The notes under the pieces were generated by a model. That model had not been told where the DNA came from. It was given only the letters and a program-made list of their open reading frames with translations, and made no database searches. The position numbers and the translations under genes are program-made. From assembly GCA_944380515.1 (NCBI GenBank), contig CALWHT010000031.1, positions 17,332 to 81,331 on the forward strand: a stretch of 64,000 nt of DNA. Reading direction: 5' to 3'. Source of the stretch: an uncultured Roseburia sp. (GTDB lineage Bacteria > Bacillota > Clostridia > Lachnospirales > Lachnospiraceae). Position 1 is the first letter of the stretch. Every line of letters begins with the position of its first letter. This document shows positions 1-10,607 of this stretch, piece by piece.

Positions 1-1215
1 TCTGGTGAGCTCAACCAGCCCAAGCTTTGTCATATCCACAAGCCGCACCGGAACGCCATCCTGCTTTAAGGCCGCGCCAAACTCCTTCATAAGCGTTTTC
101 TGCGCCTCCGCCGAGGTAAGATTCATAAAATCCACCACGATGATACCGGATATATTGCGCAGACGGAGCTGTCTGGCAATCTCCGCCGCCGCCTCCAGAT
201 TGACGCGCAGAAAATTTTCCTGAACATCCTTCCTGGCGACGTTCTTTCCGGTATTAACGTCTATGACCGTGAGCGCTTCCGTGGGCTGAATGATCAGGTA
301 TGCCCCTGACTTTAACCAAACCTTTTCCCTTAAAGCGTCCGTAAGCTGCCCCTTTAAGCTGTAAAGTGCGGAGAGAGAAAGCATCTCATCCGCATAATAC
401 GAAAGACGAAGCCCATCCTCAAGCACAACCTCATCCACCCGCTTCGGCACACTGCCCCCAGCTGTAAGACGGCTTTCGGGCACATCAAACATACGGCAGA
501 CCTCCTCAAAAACCTCCCGTTCATCCGTGACGACTTCACCGAGCCATTCCCGGCGCTGGCCAAGCAGCATCTTCTGCCAGGGGGTGCGCTCCTTATACAC
601 ACACGAGCCGCAGGTCTTATGCGCGGCCGTTTCCAAAAGCTGCTCATAACATTGCCGGAGCCATGCAATTTCTTTCAGCAATTCCTCATCCGAAGCACCC
701 TCGGCATTCGTCCGGACAATCACCCCGAACCCTCTGTCTTCTTCCTCTCCGAGCTTTTCGCGCAGGAGTCCGGCATAATGCTCTCTTTGCGCGGCAGACA
801 GGCGCAGGGAAACGGACAGCTGCCGTCTTTCCGTCGTCAGCACCGCGTATCTGCCGGAAAACGTCAGGTTGGTCGTCACCACCGGCTCCTTGGTCTTAAC
901 GGCCTCCTTTGAGACCTGAACCAAAAGTTCATCCCCCGCCGCCAGCTTCTTCCTGGAATATTTCTTCGTAAAAACAGGATTCCGGCAGTCGGCCAGGGAA
1001 CAGTAGCATTTCTGTCCGTCTGCGATGCGGATAAAGGCCGCGTTTAAGTTTGTCACGACATTTTCCACGCGCCCGACATAGATATTTCCGAGAATGGAAG
1101 GGACACCGACGGGCTCCGGCGTCACCTCAATCAGCTTTCGATTTTCATCGTAAAGGGCAGAAATGCGGTATTCCTGCCCTCGAATCTGCCCTGTTGTGAT
1201 CACAAACCGGTTCAT
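1..1215 (-). CDS. rng: Ribonuclease E/G family protein (3' end runs off the window)
   Basis: Manual translation from ATG at 1215 (MNRFVITTG...) gives an S1-like GNIYVGRVENV segment and the catalytic-domain motifs KVWLKSGAYLIIQPTEALTVIDVNTG and LRLRNISGIIVVDF. ATGA overlap with the upstream gene. Confidence 0.92.
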   Translation of the reverse strand, partial: MNRFVITTGQIRGQEYRISALYDENRKLIEVTPEPVGVPSILGNIYVGRVENVVTNLNAAFIRIADGQKCYCSLADCRNPVFTKKYSRKKLAAGDELLVQVSKEAVKTKEPVVTTNLTFSGRYAVLTTERRQLSVSLRLSAAQREHYAGLLREKLGEEEDRGFGVIVRTNAEGASDEELLKEIAWLRQCYEQLLETAAHKTCGSCVYKERTPWQKMLLGQRREWLGEVVTDEREVFEEVCRMFDVPESRLTAGGSVPKRVDEVVLEDGLRLSYYADEMLSLSALYSLKGQLTDALREKVWLKSGAYLIIQPTEALTVIDVNTGKNVARKDVQENFLRVNLEAAAEIARQLRLRNISGIIVVDFMNLTSAEAQKTLMKEFGAALKQDGVPVRLVDMTKLGLVELTR

Positions 1216-1961
1216 GCTCTGTCTGCCTTTATTGCCTCTGCCGCATCAATGGGCGTTCCCAATGCCCCAAGGGCGACAAAGCCGCCGTCCGCCGCCGCAT
1301 AGACATCCTTTCTGTGAATCTGAACAGCATTCCCGTCATAGCAAAGTCCCATAAAGTCGAACAAGGCTCCCATCACAAGCTCCGGTTTTATGTTGTCGCT
1401 GCTTCCGGCGGACAGTCTCAGGGAAAAGACGGGACGTCCCTCCTGCTCCGTCACCCGAAAATCATAAACCAGCTTCTTTAAATCCATAACCTTCTCGCCT
1501 TTTTTCGTCTGCTTTGTAACCAAAACCTCATCCCGCTCGAAAAAGAACTCCTTTATTGCCTTCTCAAATGCCCCGGCGTCCGCGGGCGGCTCATAGCCCT
1601 CTTTCACCCAAAGCCCGTAATCCGCCGCCGCGACGATAGACATCGCTGTCTTTGCGTTATCCGGAAGCTTTACATAGTCCGTCACCTCTACGCCTTCCAC
1701 CATCACGTCATTCAATGCCCGGATGGAATCCTGCGTGGAGCGGGTCGAATGAACCTCAATATCAAGATATTCGCCGTCACTGGTAATCCCGACACCCAGA
1801 GGCGCCGCAAAGGACATAATCTGATGGGGAGAAAAGCCCTCGGAATAGCAGATGTCGATGTCCGCCCTGCGCATTGCCTTCTGAAAATACCGCATCATAT
1901 CCAGATGTCCGATAAACTTCATCACGCCGTACTTTCGGAACTTAATTCTGATTTTTATCAT
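1212..1961 (-). CDS. TIGR03936 family radical SAM-associated protein (DUF2344)
   Basis: N-terminal KFIGHLD...FQKAMRRADI...YSEGFSPH..SFAAPL signature; lies directly downstream of the TIGR03960-type gene. Confidence 0.9.
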   Translation of the reverse strand: MIKIRIKFRKYGVMKFIGHLDMMRYFQKAMRRADIDICYSEGFSPHQIMSFAAPLGVGITSDGEYLDIEVHSTRSTQDSIRALNDVMVEGVEVTDYVKLPDNAKTAMSIVAAADYGLWVKEGYEPPADAGAFEKAIKEFFFERDEVLVTKQTKKGEKVMDLKKLVYDFRVTEQEGRPVFSLRLSAGSSDNIKPELVMGALFDFMGLCYDGNAVQIHRKDVYAAADGGFVALGALGTPIDAAEAIKADRA

Positions 1962-2013
1962 AACGTTACCTTTCCATGAACCTTTCTGTCATTAAACTTC
2001 ACCGGACACGCCG

Positions 2014-3879
2014 TCACTCTCTTGCCGCCGTACATACACCGGTTTTGAATTTTCCCGCCCCGCAGGCAGAGCAGCGCATTCTGCAGTTCGGCGTCACCGT
2101 CCCGTTCTTTGCATTCTGCCACTCGCGTTTTAAGAACTCCTTTGAGACGCCTGCATCAATAAAATCCCACGGGAAAAGCTCATCCAGCGGACGCTCCCGC
2201 TTTGTGTAAAAATCCATATCGACGCCGCATTCCGCAAAGGCGTCCAGCCAGCGCTGATAATCAAAAAACTCGGACCAGGCATCGAATATTCCGCCTTTTT
2301 CATAGACCCTGCGCAAAACCTGTCCGACTCTGCGGTCGCCTCTTGCCAGAACCCCCTCCAACACCGTGACATCGGCCTCATGCCAGTTGTATTTGATACT
2401 TTTGCGGTTTAACTGCTCCTTCACCGCTTCGTTTACGATTTTGGCTCTGCCGATATAATCCTCGGGGTCATGCATGGACGCCCACTGAAACGGTGTAAAC
2501 GGCTTCGGCACAAAAAAGGAGGTGGAAATCGTAATCTGGCACTTCCCGTTGCGTCTGTCCTTCGGTATCTCATAATAGCGCACCGCAATATCATTGGCAA
2601 GCTCGGGAATTGCCCGCATATCTTCCTCCGTCTCCGTCGGCAGCCCTAACATAAAGTACAGCTTAACCTTATTCCAGCCGCCCTCAAACGCCATCCCGGC
2701 GCCCTCTAAAATGACGTCCTTCGTCAGTCCCTTGTTAATTACGTCGCGCAGGCGCTGTGAGCCGGCCTCGGGGGCAAAGGTCAGACTGCTCTTTTTGATG
2801 TCCTGTACCTTTCCCATCACATCTAAGGAAAACGCGTCAATGCGCAGCGACGGCAGCGAAATATTCACGCCCTTTCCCTTAAACTCCTCAATCAGGAAAG
2901 TCACCAGCTCCTCAAGCTGGGAATAATCCGAGGAGCTTAAAGAGCTTAAAGAGATTTCTTCATGTCCGGTAGACTTTAGCATCCGCCAGGCAAGCTCTTT
3001 TAACCGCTCCACATTTTTTTCTCTGGTCGGGCGGTAAACCATTCCCGCCTGACAGAATCTGCAGCCGCGGATACAGCCGCGCTGGATTTCGAGCACCACA
3101 CGATCCTGCGTCGCCTTGATAAACGGTACAATCGGCTTTTCCGGATAAACAGCCTCCGTCATATCGCTCACAATCTGCTTTTGAACGGTCGCCGGAACGT
3201 CGTCAAACAGCGGCGCAAACGCTTCTATCGTGCCATCCTCCCGATACGTGACCTGATAAAGGGAGGGGACATAGATACCCGGAATTTTTGCGGCCTCATG
3301 CAAAAACGCCTCCCGCGAAGCACCTTCACGCCTCATTTTTTTATACAGATCCAAAAGCGCGTCATAGGACACCTCACCCTCGCCCAGATAAAACAAATCA
3401 AAAAACTCGGCAATCGGCTCCGGGTTATAGGTGCAGGGCCCGCCGCCGATGACAATCGGATGTTCCCAGGTTCGTTCGGAAGCAGATAAGGGAATCCGGC
3501 TTAAATCCAGAATTTGCAGGATATTGGTATAGCACATTTCATATTGGATGGTAATGCCGAGAAAATCGGCGTTTTTCACAGGCTCCTGGGACTCCAGGGA
3601 AAAAAGCGGAATGTCCCTCTCCTTCATCACGGCATGCAAATCCGGCCACGGTGAGTATACCCGCTCGCACCACACATCGTCCCTGCGGTTAAACATGTCG
3701 TATAAAATCTGAATACCCAGATGTGACATCCCGATTTCATACACATCGGGAAAGCACATAACAAAACGGATATCGACCCGCTCCTTATCCTTTATTACAC
3801 TGTTTAACTCATTTCCGATATAGCGCGCCGGCTTATCGATTTTCATGAGTATTTCATCCGATAAAGCTAATTTTGTCAT
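2014..3879 (-). CDS. TIGR03960 family B12-binding radical SAM protein
   Basis: KPARYIGNE N-terminus, FPDVYEIGMSHLG motif, CxxxCxxC (CIRGCRFC), C-terminal CxxxCxxC. Confidence 0.92.
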   Translation of the reverse strand: MTKLALSDEILMKIDKPARYIGNELNSVIKDKERVDIRFVMCFPDVYEIGMSHLGIQILYDMFNRRDDVWCERVYSPWPDLHAVMKERDIPLFSLESQEPVKNADFLGITIQYEMCYTNILQILDLSRIPLSASERTWEHPIVIGGGPCTYNPEPIAEFFDLFYLGEGEVSYDALLDLYKKMRREGASREAFLHEAAKIPGIYVPSLYQVTYREDGTIEAFAPLFDDVPATVQKQIVSDMTEAVYPEKPIVPFIKATQDRVVLEIQRGCIRGCRFCQAGMVYRPTREKNVERLKELAWRMLKSTGHEEISLSSLSSSDYSQLEELVTFLIEEFKGKGVNISLPSLRIDAFSLDVMGKVQDIKKSSLTFAPEAGSQRLRDVINKGLTKDVILEGAGMAFEGGWNKVKLYFMLGLPTETEEDMRAIPELANDIAVRYYEIPKDRRNGKCQITISTSFFVPKPFTPFQWASMHDPEDYIGRAKIVNEAVKEQLNRKSIKYNWHEADVTVLEGVLARGDRRVGQVLRRVYEKGGIFDAWSEFFDYQRWLDAFAECGVDMDFYTKRERPLDELFPWDFIDAGVSKEFLKREWQNAKNGTVTPNCRMRCSACGAGKFKTGVCTAARE

Positions 3880-3894
3880 TCGAATATTCCTTTC

Positions 3895-4188
3895 CTACTC
3901 GCTTTGTTCCTGTATCATAACATAATTTTTCAGATTTGTATAATAATGATTGTCGCAGACAAGCTCCATGACTTCCTCCGCCGAATACCCCGCGATTTCC
4001 GTCCCCGTCGAAAGACAGCCGAAAAACGCCGCAAACAGCATGACAGCCACAAGCAGCCGAAGCTTAAAGAACGTAAAAAAGCCGTCCCCCGCCTGCTCTC
4101 TTTGCTCCGCGAGGCGGTTTTCCTCCCGGAATGAGTCGCGCACCTCCTGCACATAGGCCCTGCGCCGGTTGGCATAGTCCATATCCAT
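3895..4188 (-). CDS. Small hypothetical membrane protein
   Basis: 97 aa with one hydrophobic segment (LLVAVMLFAAFFGCL); fills the gap between co-oriented genes. Confidence 0.65.
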   Translation of the reverse strand: MDMDYANRRRAYVQEVRDSFREENRLAEQREQAGDGFFTFFKLRLLVAVMLFAAFFGCLSTGTEIAGYSAEEVMELVCDNHYYTNLKNYVMIQEQSE

Positions 4189-4315
4189 ACAAATACACCA
4201 CCTGGTTTACCGTAAAAAAATTATGTTTACCAGTTTCGGAAGGCAAGCATTTTTACGGTCTCTTTGTATGATTTTATTCGCAACGGGACAAAATCATGCA
4301 TGACGATGGCACGCC

Positions 4316-5359
4316 TTACTCTTTTTTCTCCCGGCGTGCCCCATTTCCGGAAAACGGAAGTGTCAGCACCCGCATCAGGGTATTGTCCAAAAGCGCTGCC
4401 CCGGCCGCGGAAATGACAAGTGTCAAAGCCATCATAAGGATACAGCCGCCCCAGATGCCGCCGCTTAAAACGTTAACGCCAAGCACCTGTTTTACGACAA
4501 AATGAAGTACACCCCAGTGGATAAGCAAAATGGAGTAGCTGTACCGGCTGATCAGGCGCACAAAATGTCCCGCGCTGCGCTTTCCCGCAAAGAGGCGTTT
4601 GACGGCAATAAAAATTGCGGACGAAAAAAACAGCATGGTCGGAGCATTCTGGTAAATATAATTGGCAAAATCCGCCGTCCGAAAAATCAGGACGCAGCTC
4701 ACTGAAAACGAAATTACTCCGGCCGCAAGAAAAAAGTTCTCCTGCCGTTTTGTACATTTCCCATTGACGAAATAACCGAGCAGAAAGGCGCCCGCAAAGG
4801 AATCCACCACGATTCCAAGCGGCGACGCGACGCCGAAGGCCGGAAGATACGTATCAAGGGCGCAGACAAGAAAGATAACCGCCATAAGCCCGGAAAGCAC
4901 ACTGTCCGGAATATTTGCCGTGATAAAGCGCAGCAGCGGGGTGAGCACATACAGCCAGATAATCACATAGACCAGCCAGAAATGCGGCGCTTCCACCGGG
5001 GCTCCGGTGAGGATCCGGCGCAGCATGGGAAGCCAGTGGTCCGGGTAAATCCACTCGATTCCCTCTTTGGCGCAGACGTAAAGGATATAATAAACCACCA
5101 TCGGAATCACAACCTTTGTGAAACGCTTCCGAAAAAAATCTCCCGTGCGCTCGTTTCGTACCGGAAGCAGCAGCGCCCCGCTTATCATCACAAACAGCAG
5201 ATTGCAGGATAAAAATATAAAATTAAAAATTTCCAGCACATAATAAGCGGTGCCGCCGTACTCCACCATCGTTATGGCAAGGGAAACCGTATGCACGCCA
5301 ATCACAAAAACGGTTGCCAGCACCCGCAGAATATCAAGATAAATCAGCCGCTCTTTCAT
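4316..5359 (-). CDS. Acyltransferase family 3 (membrane O-acyltransferase)
   Basis: RLIYLDILRVLA..VIGVH N-terminus, LFVMISGALLL, HFWLVY and SYSILLIH motifs; polytopic. Confidence 0.88.
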   Translation of the reverse strand: MKERLIYLDILRVLATVFVIGVHTVSLAITMVEYGGTAYYVLEIFNFIFLSCNLLFVMISGALLLPVRNERTGDFFRKRFTKVVIPMVVYYILYVCAKEGIEWIYPDHWLPMLRRILTGAPVEAPHFWLVYVIIWLYVLTPLLRFITANIPDSVLSGLMAVIFLVCALDTYLPAFGVASPLGIVVDSFAGAFLLGYFVNGKCTKRQENFFLAAGVISFSVSCVLIFRTADFANYIYQNAPTMLFFSSAIFIAVKRLFAGKRSAGHFVRLISRYSYSILLIHWGVLHFVVKQVLGVNVLSGGIWGGCILMMALTLVISAAGAALLDNTLMRVLTLPFSGNGARREKKE

Positions 5360-5387
5360 CGCAATAAACTCAATCTCCTATAAAGCC

Positions 5388-5429
5388 AAAAAACTTTGCT
5401 ACACAAAAAACAGTATAGCAAAGTTTTTT
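5388..5429 (-). terminator. Intrinsic terminator of the his operon
   Basis: 14-bp inverted repeat AAAAAACTTTGCTA / TAGCAAAGTTTTTT just past the hisIE stop. Confidence 0.75.
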
Positions 5430-5447
5430 CTCTCTCTCAATCTTTTC

Positions 5448-6731
5448 TTAACGCTGGGACAGCTCCTGTGTAATTTCCTCCCAGGATACGCCTTTTTCCG
5501 CCATCAGCACCATCATGTGGTACAGAAAATCGGAAATTTCGTATTTGATTTCCTCCGGGTCGGGGTTTTTTGCGGCAATGACAATCTCCGTCGCTTCCTC
5601 TCCGACCTTTTTTAAAATTTTATCGATACCTTTATCAAACAGATAATTGGTATAGGAGCCCTCCTTCGGATTGGCCTTTCGGTCAAGAATGATGGCATAG
5701 ACATCCTCCAGCACCTTTAAGGGATTCTTCTCCATATACTCTTTTTTGACGATCTCATGGAAAAAGCAGGTTGGATTTCCGGTATGGCAGGCAGCGCCGA
5801 CCTGCGAAACCTTGGCGAGGATCGTATCGTAATCACAGTCAGCCGTCAGGGACTTCACGTACTGAATGTGGCCCGAGGTCATTCCCTTCGTCCAGAGCTC
5901 CTTCCGGCTCCTGCTGTAATAGGTCATCTTCCCGATATTGATGGTCGTCTCAAATGCTTCCTCATTCATGTAGGCAAGCATCAGCACCTCATCGGTGCGG
6001 TAATCCTGTACTATTACCGGAACCATACCCTCGGAATTTTTCTTCAAATCCGCCCATTTCAGCGCCGGCTCAAAATTATCCATCTTAATCCCCGCCGCGG
6101 AAAGCTGGGACTTTAACTCCATGATGTCGGTCTTCGGGTCGTTGATAAATGGGCCCGCGATTCCTCGCACATTCGGGCGCTTTAATACCTCGATGATTTT
6201 TTCATAATCACATGCTTCAAAATAAACCACATACGGAACATCCGTAATATTTTCAATCGCGTTTAACACCTCGGTGTTTAAAGCTAAAAGTTCGTGGAAA
6301 TGCTCGTCCATCTCCTCCTGATGCTTAAAGATAAAGTCCACATTTTCAACGGAAACCAGGATGCGGTCCTTGCCGAACCGGCTGCTCGCCTCCTCCGCGA
6401 TTTTCATACTGTTCGGCTTTGCGCCGTTTACGATCACCTGAAGGCAGCCCGCGTAGATGAACTTCTTCACGTCCTCGAAACGCTTAATGTTTCCTCCCGC
6501 GCAGACCTTAATCTCTACGTTGCGGTTGATATTTTTTATGGTCTGGATATTTTTCTCGTGCTCCTCATCGTCGTCCGACAGATCAAAAACGATAATCTTA
6601 TCAATGCCGCTGTCATTGTAAAGGCGCGCCAGCGCGATCACGTCATCGCCCATCGGCGCAAAATTGTCAATCCCCTTTACCGCCTGACCATCCTTTAAAT
6701 AGATAGTCGCAACAATGTTTTTGTGTTCCAT
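5448..6731 (-). CDS. hisIE: Fusion: N-terminal HisF/HisA-like TIM-barrel domain + phosphoribosyl-AMP cyclohydrolase + phosphoribosyl-ATP pyrophosphatase
   Basis: C-terminal half carries HisI motifs ([36 protein letters not shown]) and HisE motifs ([22 protein letters not shown]). N-terminal ~215 aa resemble HisF. Confidence 0.9.
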   Translation of the reverse strand: MEHKNIVATIYLKDGQAVKGIDNFAPMGDDVIALARLYNDSGIDKIIVFDLSDDDEEHEKNIQTIKNINRNVEIKVCAGGNIKRFEDVKKFIYAGCLQVIVNGAKPNSMKIAEEASSRFGKDRILVSVENVDFIFKHQEEMDEHFHELLALNTEVLNAIENITDVPYVVYFEACDYEKIIEVLKRPNVRGIAGPFINDPKTDIMELKSQLSAAGIKMDNFEPALKWADLKKNSEGMVPVIVQDYRTDEVLMLAYMNEEAFETTINIGKMTYYSRSRKELWTKGMTSGHIQYVKSLTADCDYDTILAKVSQVGAACHTGNPTCFFHEIVKKEYMEKNPLKVLEDVYAIILDRKANPKEGSYTNYLFDKGIDKILKKVGEEATEIVIAAKNPDPEEIKYEISDFLYHMMVLMAEKGVSWEEITQELSQR

Positions 6732-6752
6732 AATTATGATAATCCTTCCTGC

Positions 6753-7340
6753 CTATAAACTTCCCTTCGTGGACAATACATCCGTAATGCGCGGATCATA
6801 TCCCGTCGCCTCATCAAGCGCCCGCGCGAACGCCTTGAACATCGCCTCGATCATATGGTGGTTATTGCCGCCGGAAAGCACCTTAAGATGAAGGTTCATC
6901 CCCGCGGAATACGACACGGCATAGAAAAACTCCTTTACCATCTCCGTATCCATATAGCCGACCCGCTCCGCCGTAAACGCGGCGTCAAACACGAGATACG
7001 GCCTGCCGGACAAATCCACGGCACAGAGCACCAGCGTTTCATCCATCGGCAGAATACAGCTTCCGAAGCGCCTGATTCCCTTTTTATTTTTGAGCGCCTT
7101 GCGGATTGCGTTTCCGAGCACGATTCCGGTGTCCTCAATGGTATGGTGGCAATCCACCGCAAGGTCTCCCTGCACCTTGACGTTTAAATCAAAAAAGCCG
7201 TGCCTTGCAAAACCCTCCAGCATATGGTCGAAAAACCCGATGCCGGTGTCAATATCAGCGTTGCCGCTGCCGTCAATATTGAGGGACATGGAAATGTCCG
7301 TCTCCTTTGTCTTTCTTATGTAATCCGCTGTTCTATCCAT
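6753..7340 (-). CDS. hisB: Imidazoleglycerol-phosphate dehydratase
   Basis: RKTKETDI, TGIGFFDHML, DCHHTIED, NNHHMIEA and STKGSL motifs. Confidence 0.97.
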   Translation of the reverse strand: MDRTADYIRKTKETDISMSLNIDGSGNADIDTGIGFFDHMLEGFARHGFFDLNVKVQGDLAVDCHHTIEDTGIVLGNAIRKALKNKKGIRRFGSCILPMDETLVLCAVDLSGRPYLVFDAAFTAERVGYMDTEMVKEFFYAVSYSAGMNLHLKVLSGGNNHHMIEAMFKAFARALDEATGYDPRITDVLSTKGSL

Positions 7341-7391
7341 TTTGGCCTCCCTGTTATCTTACCATATCCGCCTGCGGTTTTCAAACCGGAT

Positions 7392-8684
7392 TTACCGCTC
7401 AAACCGGACGCGGATGGAATTGGCGTGCGCGGTGAGCTGCTCGCACTCCGCAAACTGTACGATGTCTTTATATACCGGCTCCAGCGCCTCCCTTGAGTAG
7501 GAAATAATACTGGACTTCTTGATGAAGTCGTCCACACTGAGCGGAGAAAAGAATTTCGCCGTGCCGTTGGTTGGAAGAACATGGTTCGGTCCCGCAAAAT
7601 AATCCCCGAGCGGCTCACTGGAGTACTCCCCGAGGAAAATAGCCCCCGCATTGCGGATTTTTGTCATAACCTCGTATGGATTTTTCGTCACGATTTCCAG
7701 ATGCTCGGAAGCAATTTCATTGGCAGTGGCAATCGCTTCCTCAAGGTCTCCCGCAATCAGGATATAACCGTAATTGTCCAGCGATTTTTGAATGATTTCC
7801 CTACGTGAAAGCTCTGCCGTAAAAGCTTCCGCTTCCTTTGATACCTGCTCTGCCAGGGCTCTGCTTGTGGTAATTAAAATCGCCGATGCCATCTCGTCGT
7901 GCTCCGCCTGGGAAAGCAAATCGGCCGCCACGTAGCGCGGATTTGCCGTCTCGTCCGCCAGCACTAAAATTTCGCTCGGACCCGCAATGGAATCGATGCT
8001 GACATAGCCAAATACCGCTTTTTTTGCCAGTGCGACATAAATGTTGCCCGGGCCTACGATTTTATCGACCTTCGGGATGCTCTCGGTCCCAAAGGCCAGC
8101 GCCGCGATTGCCTGCGCGCCGCCCACCTTATAAATTTCGTCCACACCCGCCTCTTTTGCCGCAACCAGCGTGGAAGCGCAGACCTTGCCGTCTTTGCCCG
8201 GAGGCGTCGTCATCACGATACGTTTTACGCCGGCAACCTTCGCCGGGAGCACATTCATCAGTACGGAGGAAGGATAAACCGCTTTTCCGCCCGGCACATA
8301 AACGCCGACCTTCTCCAACGCCGTGACCTTCTGTCCGAGCAGAATGCCGGATTCCTCCGTGTCAAACCAGGAAAACTGGCGCTGCTTTGCGTGGTAATCC
8401 CGGATATTCACTAGCGCCTTTCGAATTACCTCCAAAAGTTTCGGGTCAACGCTCGCGTACGCCTCTTTGATTTCTTCCTCTGTCACCAGAATATTATCCG
8501 CGCAGATGTCGGCGCCGTCAAATTGTCTGGTGTAGGCAAACACCGCCGCGTCACGCTCCTTTTTTACCCGTGCGATAATTTCGTCCACACGCCCCTCAAA
8601 TTCACCGTAGGAATTGGGGCTTCTCTTTAAAAGATTTTCCAGGATATTACTCCGTGTCTCCTCTGTCAATTCTAAAATTCTCAT
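7392..8684 (-). CDS. hisD: Histidinol dehydrogenase
   Basis: GVYVPGGKA.YPSSVLM, DKIVGPGNIYV, IDSIAGPSE, DLLSQAEHD and GDYFAGPNHVLPT motifs. Confidence 0.97.
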   Translation of the reverse strand: MRILELTEETRSNILENLLKRSPNSYGEFEGRVDEIIARVKKERDAAVFAYTRQFDGADICADNILVTEEEIKEAYASVDPKLLEVIRKALVNIRDYHAKQRQFSWFDTEESGILLGQKVTALEKVGVYVPGGKAVYPSSVLMNVLPAKVAGVKRIVMTTPPGKDGKVCASTLVAAKEAGVDEIYKVGGAQAIAALAFGTESIPKVDKIVGPGNIYVALAKKAVFGYVSIDSIAGPSEILVLADETANPRYVAADLLSQAEHDEMASAILITTSRALAEQVSKEAEAFTAELSRREIIQKSLDNYGYILIAGDLEEAIATANEIASEHLEIVTKNPYEVMTKIRNAGAIFLGEYSSEPLGDYFAGPNHVLPTNGTAKFFSPLSVDDFIKKSSIISYSREALEPVYKDIVQFAECEQLTAHANSIRVRFER

Positions 8685-8706
8685 CGCTTTCCCTGCCTTT
8701 CCGACG

Positions 8707-9387
8707 TTAAATCACCGTTTTCAAATCCGAAATCAGCTTTGTGATCCTCTCATTCTCCATCTTCATGCTCACCTGATTCACTACCATTCTCGCGGAAAGC
8801 GGGCATACTTCTTCCAGTACGCAAAGTCCGTTCTCCTTTAAGGTTGAACCGGTCTCCACAATATCACAGATGACCTCGGACAGCCCGACAATCGGCGCAA
8901 GCTCAATCGAGCCGTTTAACTTGATAATCTCAACGGTCTGATGTTTTTTATTATAAAAGTAATCCTTTGCGATATGGGGGTACTTGGTAGCGACGCGAAT
9001 CAGCTCATGGTGCTTTAACAGCTCCTCTGCACTCTTTGGCCCGCAGATGCACATACGGCACTTCCCGAAGCCTAAATCAAGCACTTCATAAATGTTGCGC
9101 CCCTCCTCTAAAATCGTGTCTTTCCCCACAATGCCGATATCCGCCGCCCCGTACTCGACGTAGGTCGGGACGTCCGGCCCCTTCGCGAGGAAAAACCGAA
9201 GCTTTAACTCCTCATTGACAAAAATCAGCCTGCGGGTGTCCTTATCCTTCATCTCCTCGCAGGTAATCCCGATTTTTTCGAACATTTCCAGCGTCTTTTT
9301 TGCAAGCCTCCCTTTGCCCAGCGCAAAGGTAAGGTACCTGATATCTTCCATAACTGCATAATCCTTTCCGGTAATTTCTTTTGGCAC
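8707..9387 (-). CDS. hisG: ATP phosphoribosyltransferase, short form (start GTG 9387 or ATG 9351)
   Basis: ALGKGRL, DVPTYVEYGAADIGIVGKD, RVATKYP and DIVETGSTL motifs; no C-terminal regulatory domain, consistent with the hisZ partner. Confidence 0.96.
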   Translation of the reverse strand: MPKEITGKDYAVMEDIRYLTFALGKGRLAKKTLEMFEKIGITCEEMKDKDTRRLIFVNEELKLRFFLAKGPDVPTYVEYGAADIGIVGKDTILEEGRNIYEVLDLGFGKCRMCICGPKSAEELLKHHELIRVATKYPHIAKDYFYNKKHQTVEIIKLNGSIELAPIVGLSEVICDIVETGSTLKENGLCVLEEVCPLSARMVVNQVSMKMENERITKLISDLKTVI

Positions 9388-10571
9388 TACATGAAGGTGA
9401 CGCCGGCAATCCGGTTTCTGTCCGCGTAGGCGCTGTAATCCTCCTGCGTTTTTTTCCCGTCCTTTGCAATCAGCTCCACTCTGCCGCCGGCCGCGCGTTT
9501 CTCCTGTGCCGCCCGAATTGCTTCCAGCCTCTTTTCCGGCTCATATACAATAAGCTCATTTTCGTATGCGAGCGGAATTTCGATTTTCTGACGCGACAGT
9601 GCCGCAAGAAGCTGATCCACCACAAACGCGAACCCGATGGAGGCCGAATTTTTCCCGAAATACGTCAGCAGCCTGTCATAACGCCCGCCCTTTACGATGG
9701 GTTCGCCGCTGCCGAAGGTATAGCCCGCAAAAATAATTCCGGTGTAATACTGATAATCACTGATAACGCCAAGCTCGAAGGAAACGTAACGCTCTGCCTG
9801 ATAAACCTTAAGCACCTCATAAAGTTCCTCAAGGCGGTTTATCGCCTCTGCGATCCTCGGGTAAGCAGCCGCGTATTCCTTTACCTCCTTAAGCCCGCAC
9901 GCGTCCGTGTAGAGAGTTCCGAGCATATGGAAAAGCTTCTTTAAGTTCTCGTTTAAGTTCAGAGTTTCCACGAACTCATCCACGCCGAAATAATTTTTAT
10001 TGGAAATCAGGCCGCGCAGTTCTTCCTCCTGCTCCTCAAAAAGGCCGGCCGCTTCCATCAATCCCCGGAAAAAATCAGCATGCCCGATAGAGAGCTGGAA
10101 TTCTTTTAAGCCTGCGCGCTTTAAGCACTCCACGACCATGGCGATAATTTCGGCATCCGCATCCACCGTGGAATCTCCGAGCAGCTCCGCGCCAAGCTGG
10201 GTGCTCTCCTTTAACCGTCCCTGGTAGCTGCTGTTATTGATGAAGGTGTTTCCCATATACCAGAGACGAATCGGCATATCCTCCTCGCCGAAATATTTTG
10301 CCGCGCAGCGCGCGATGGAGGGGGTAATATCCGGCCGCAGCACAAGCGTATTTCCCTCACGGTCAAAAAACTTGTATAAATCCTTTGACGGCGTCGTTCC
10401 AATCTCCCTGCCGAAAATATCAAAAAATTCGAAGGTCGGCGTCTGAATCGGATTATACCCGTACTGCTTTAATACCTGATAAAGCTCCTCCTGTAAAATG
10501 AGCTTCTTCTCACATTCTTCATTATATATATCCCTGACGCCTTCCGGCGTATGCAACAGTTGTCTTTTCAT
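9387..10571 (-). CDS. hisZ: ATP phosphoribosyltransferase regulatory subunit
   Basis: HisRS-like sequence (TPEGVRD, LVLRPDITPSIAR, YYTGIIF, GGRYD) heading the his operon; start chosen from the SD AAAGGGG. Confidence 0.93.
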   Translation of the reverse strand: MKRQLLHTPEGVRDIYNEECEKKLILQEELYQVLKQYGYNPIQTPTFEFFDIFGREIGTTPSKDLYKFFDREGNTLVLRPDITPSIARCAAKYFGEEDMPIRLWYMGNTFINNSSYQGRLKESTQLGAELLGDSTVDADAEIIAMVVECLKRAGLKEFQLSIGHADFFRGLMEAAGLFEEQEEELRGLISNKNYFGVDEFVETLNLNENLKKLFHMLGTLYTDACGLKEVKEYAAAYPRIAEAINRLEELYEVLKVYQAERYVSFELGVISDYQYYTGIIFAGYTFGSGEPIVKGGRYDRLLTYFGKNSASIGFAFVVDQLLAALSRQKIEIPLAYENELIVYEPEKRLEAIRAAQEKRAAGGRVELIAKDGKKTQEDYSAYADRNRIAGVTFM

Positions 10572-10607
10572 ACCGAAATCCCCTTTTTGTCTTGTCAGCC
10601 CGCGATT

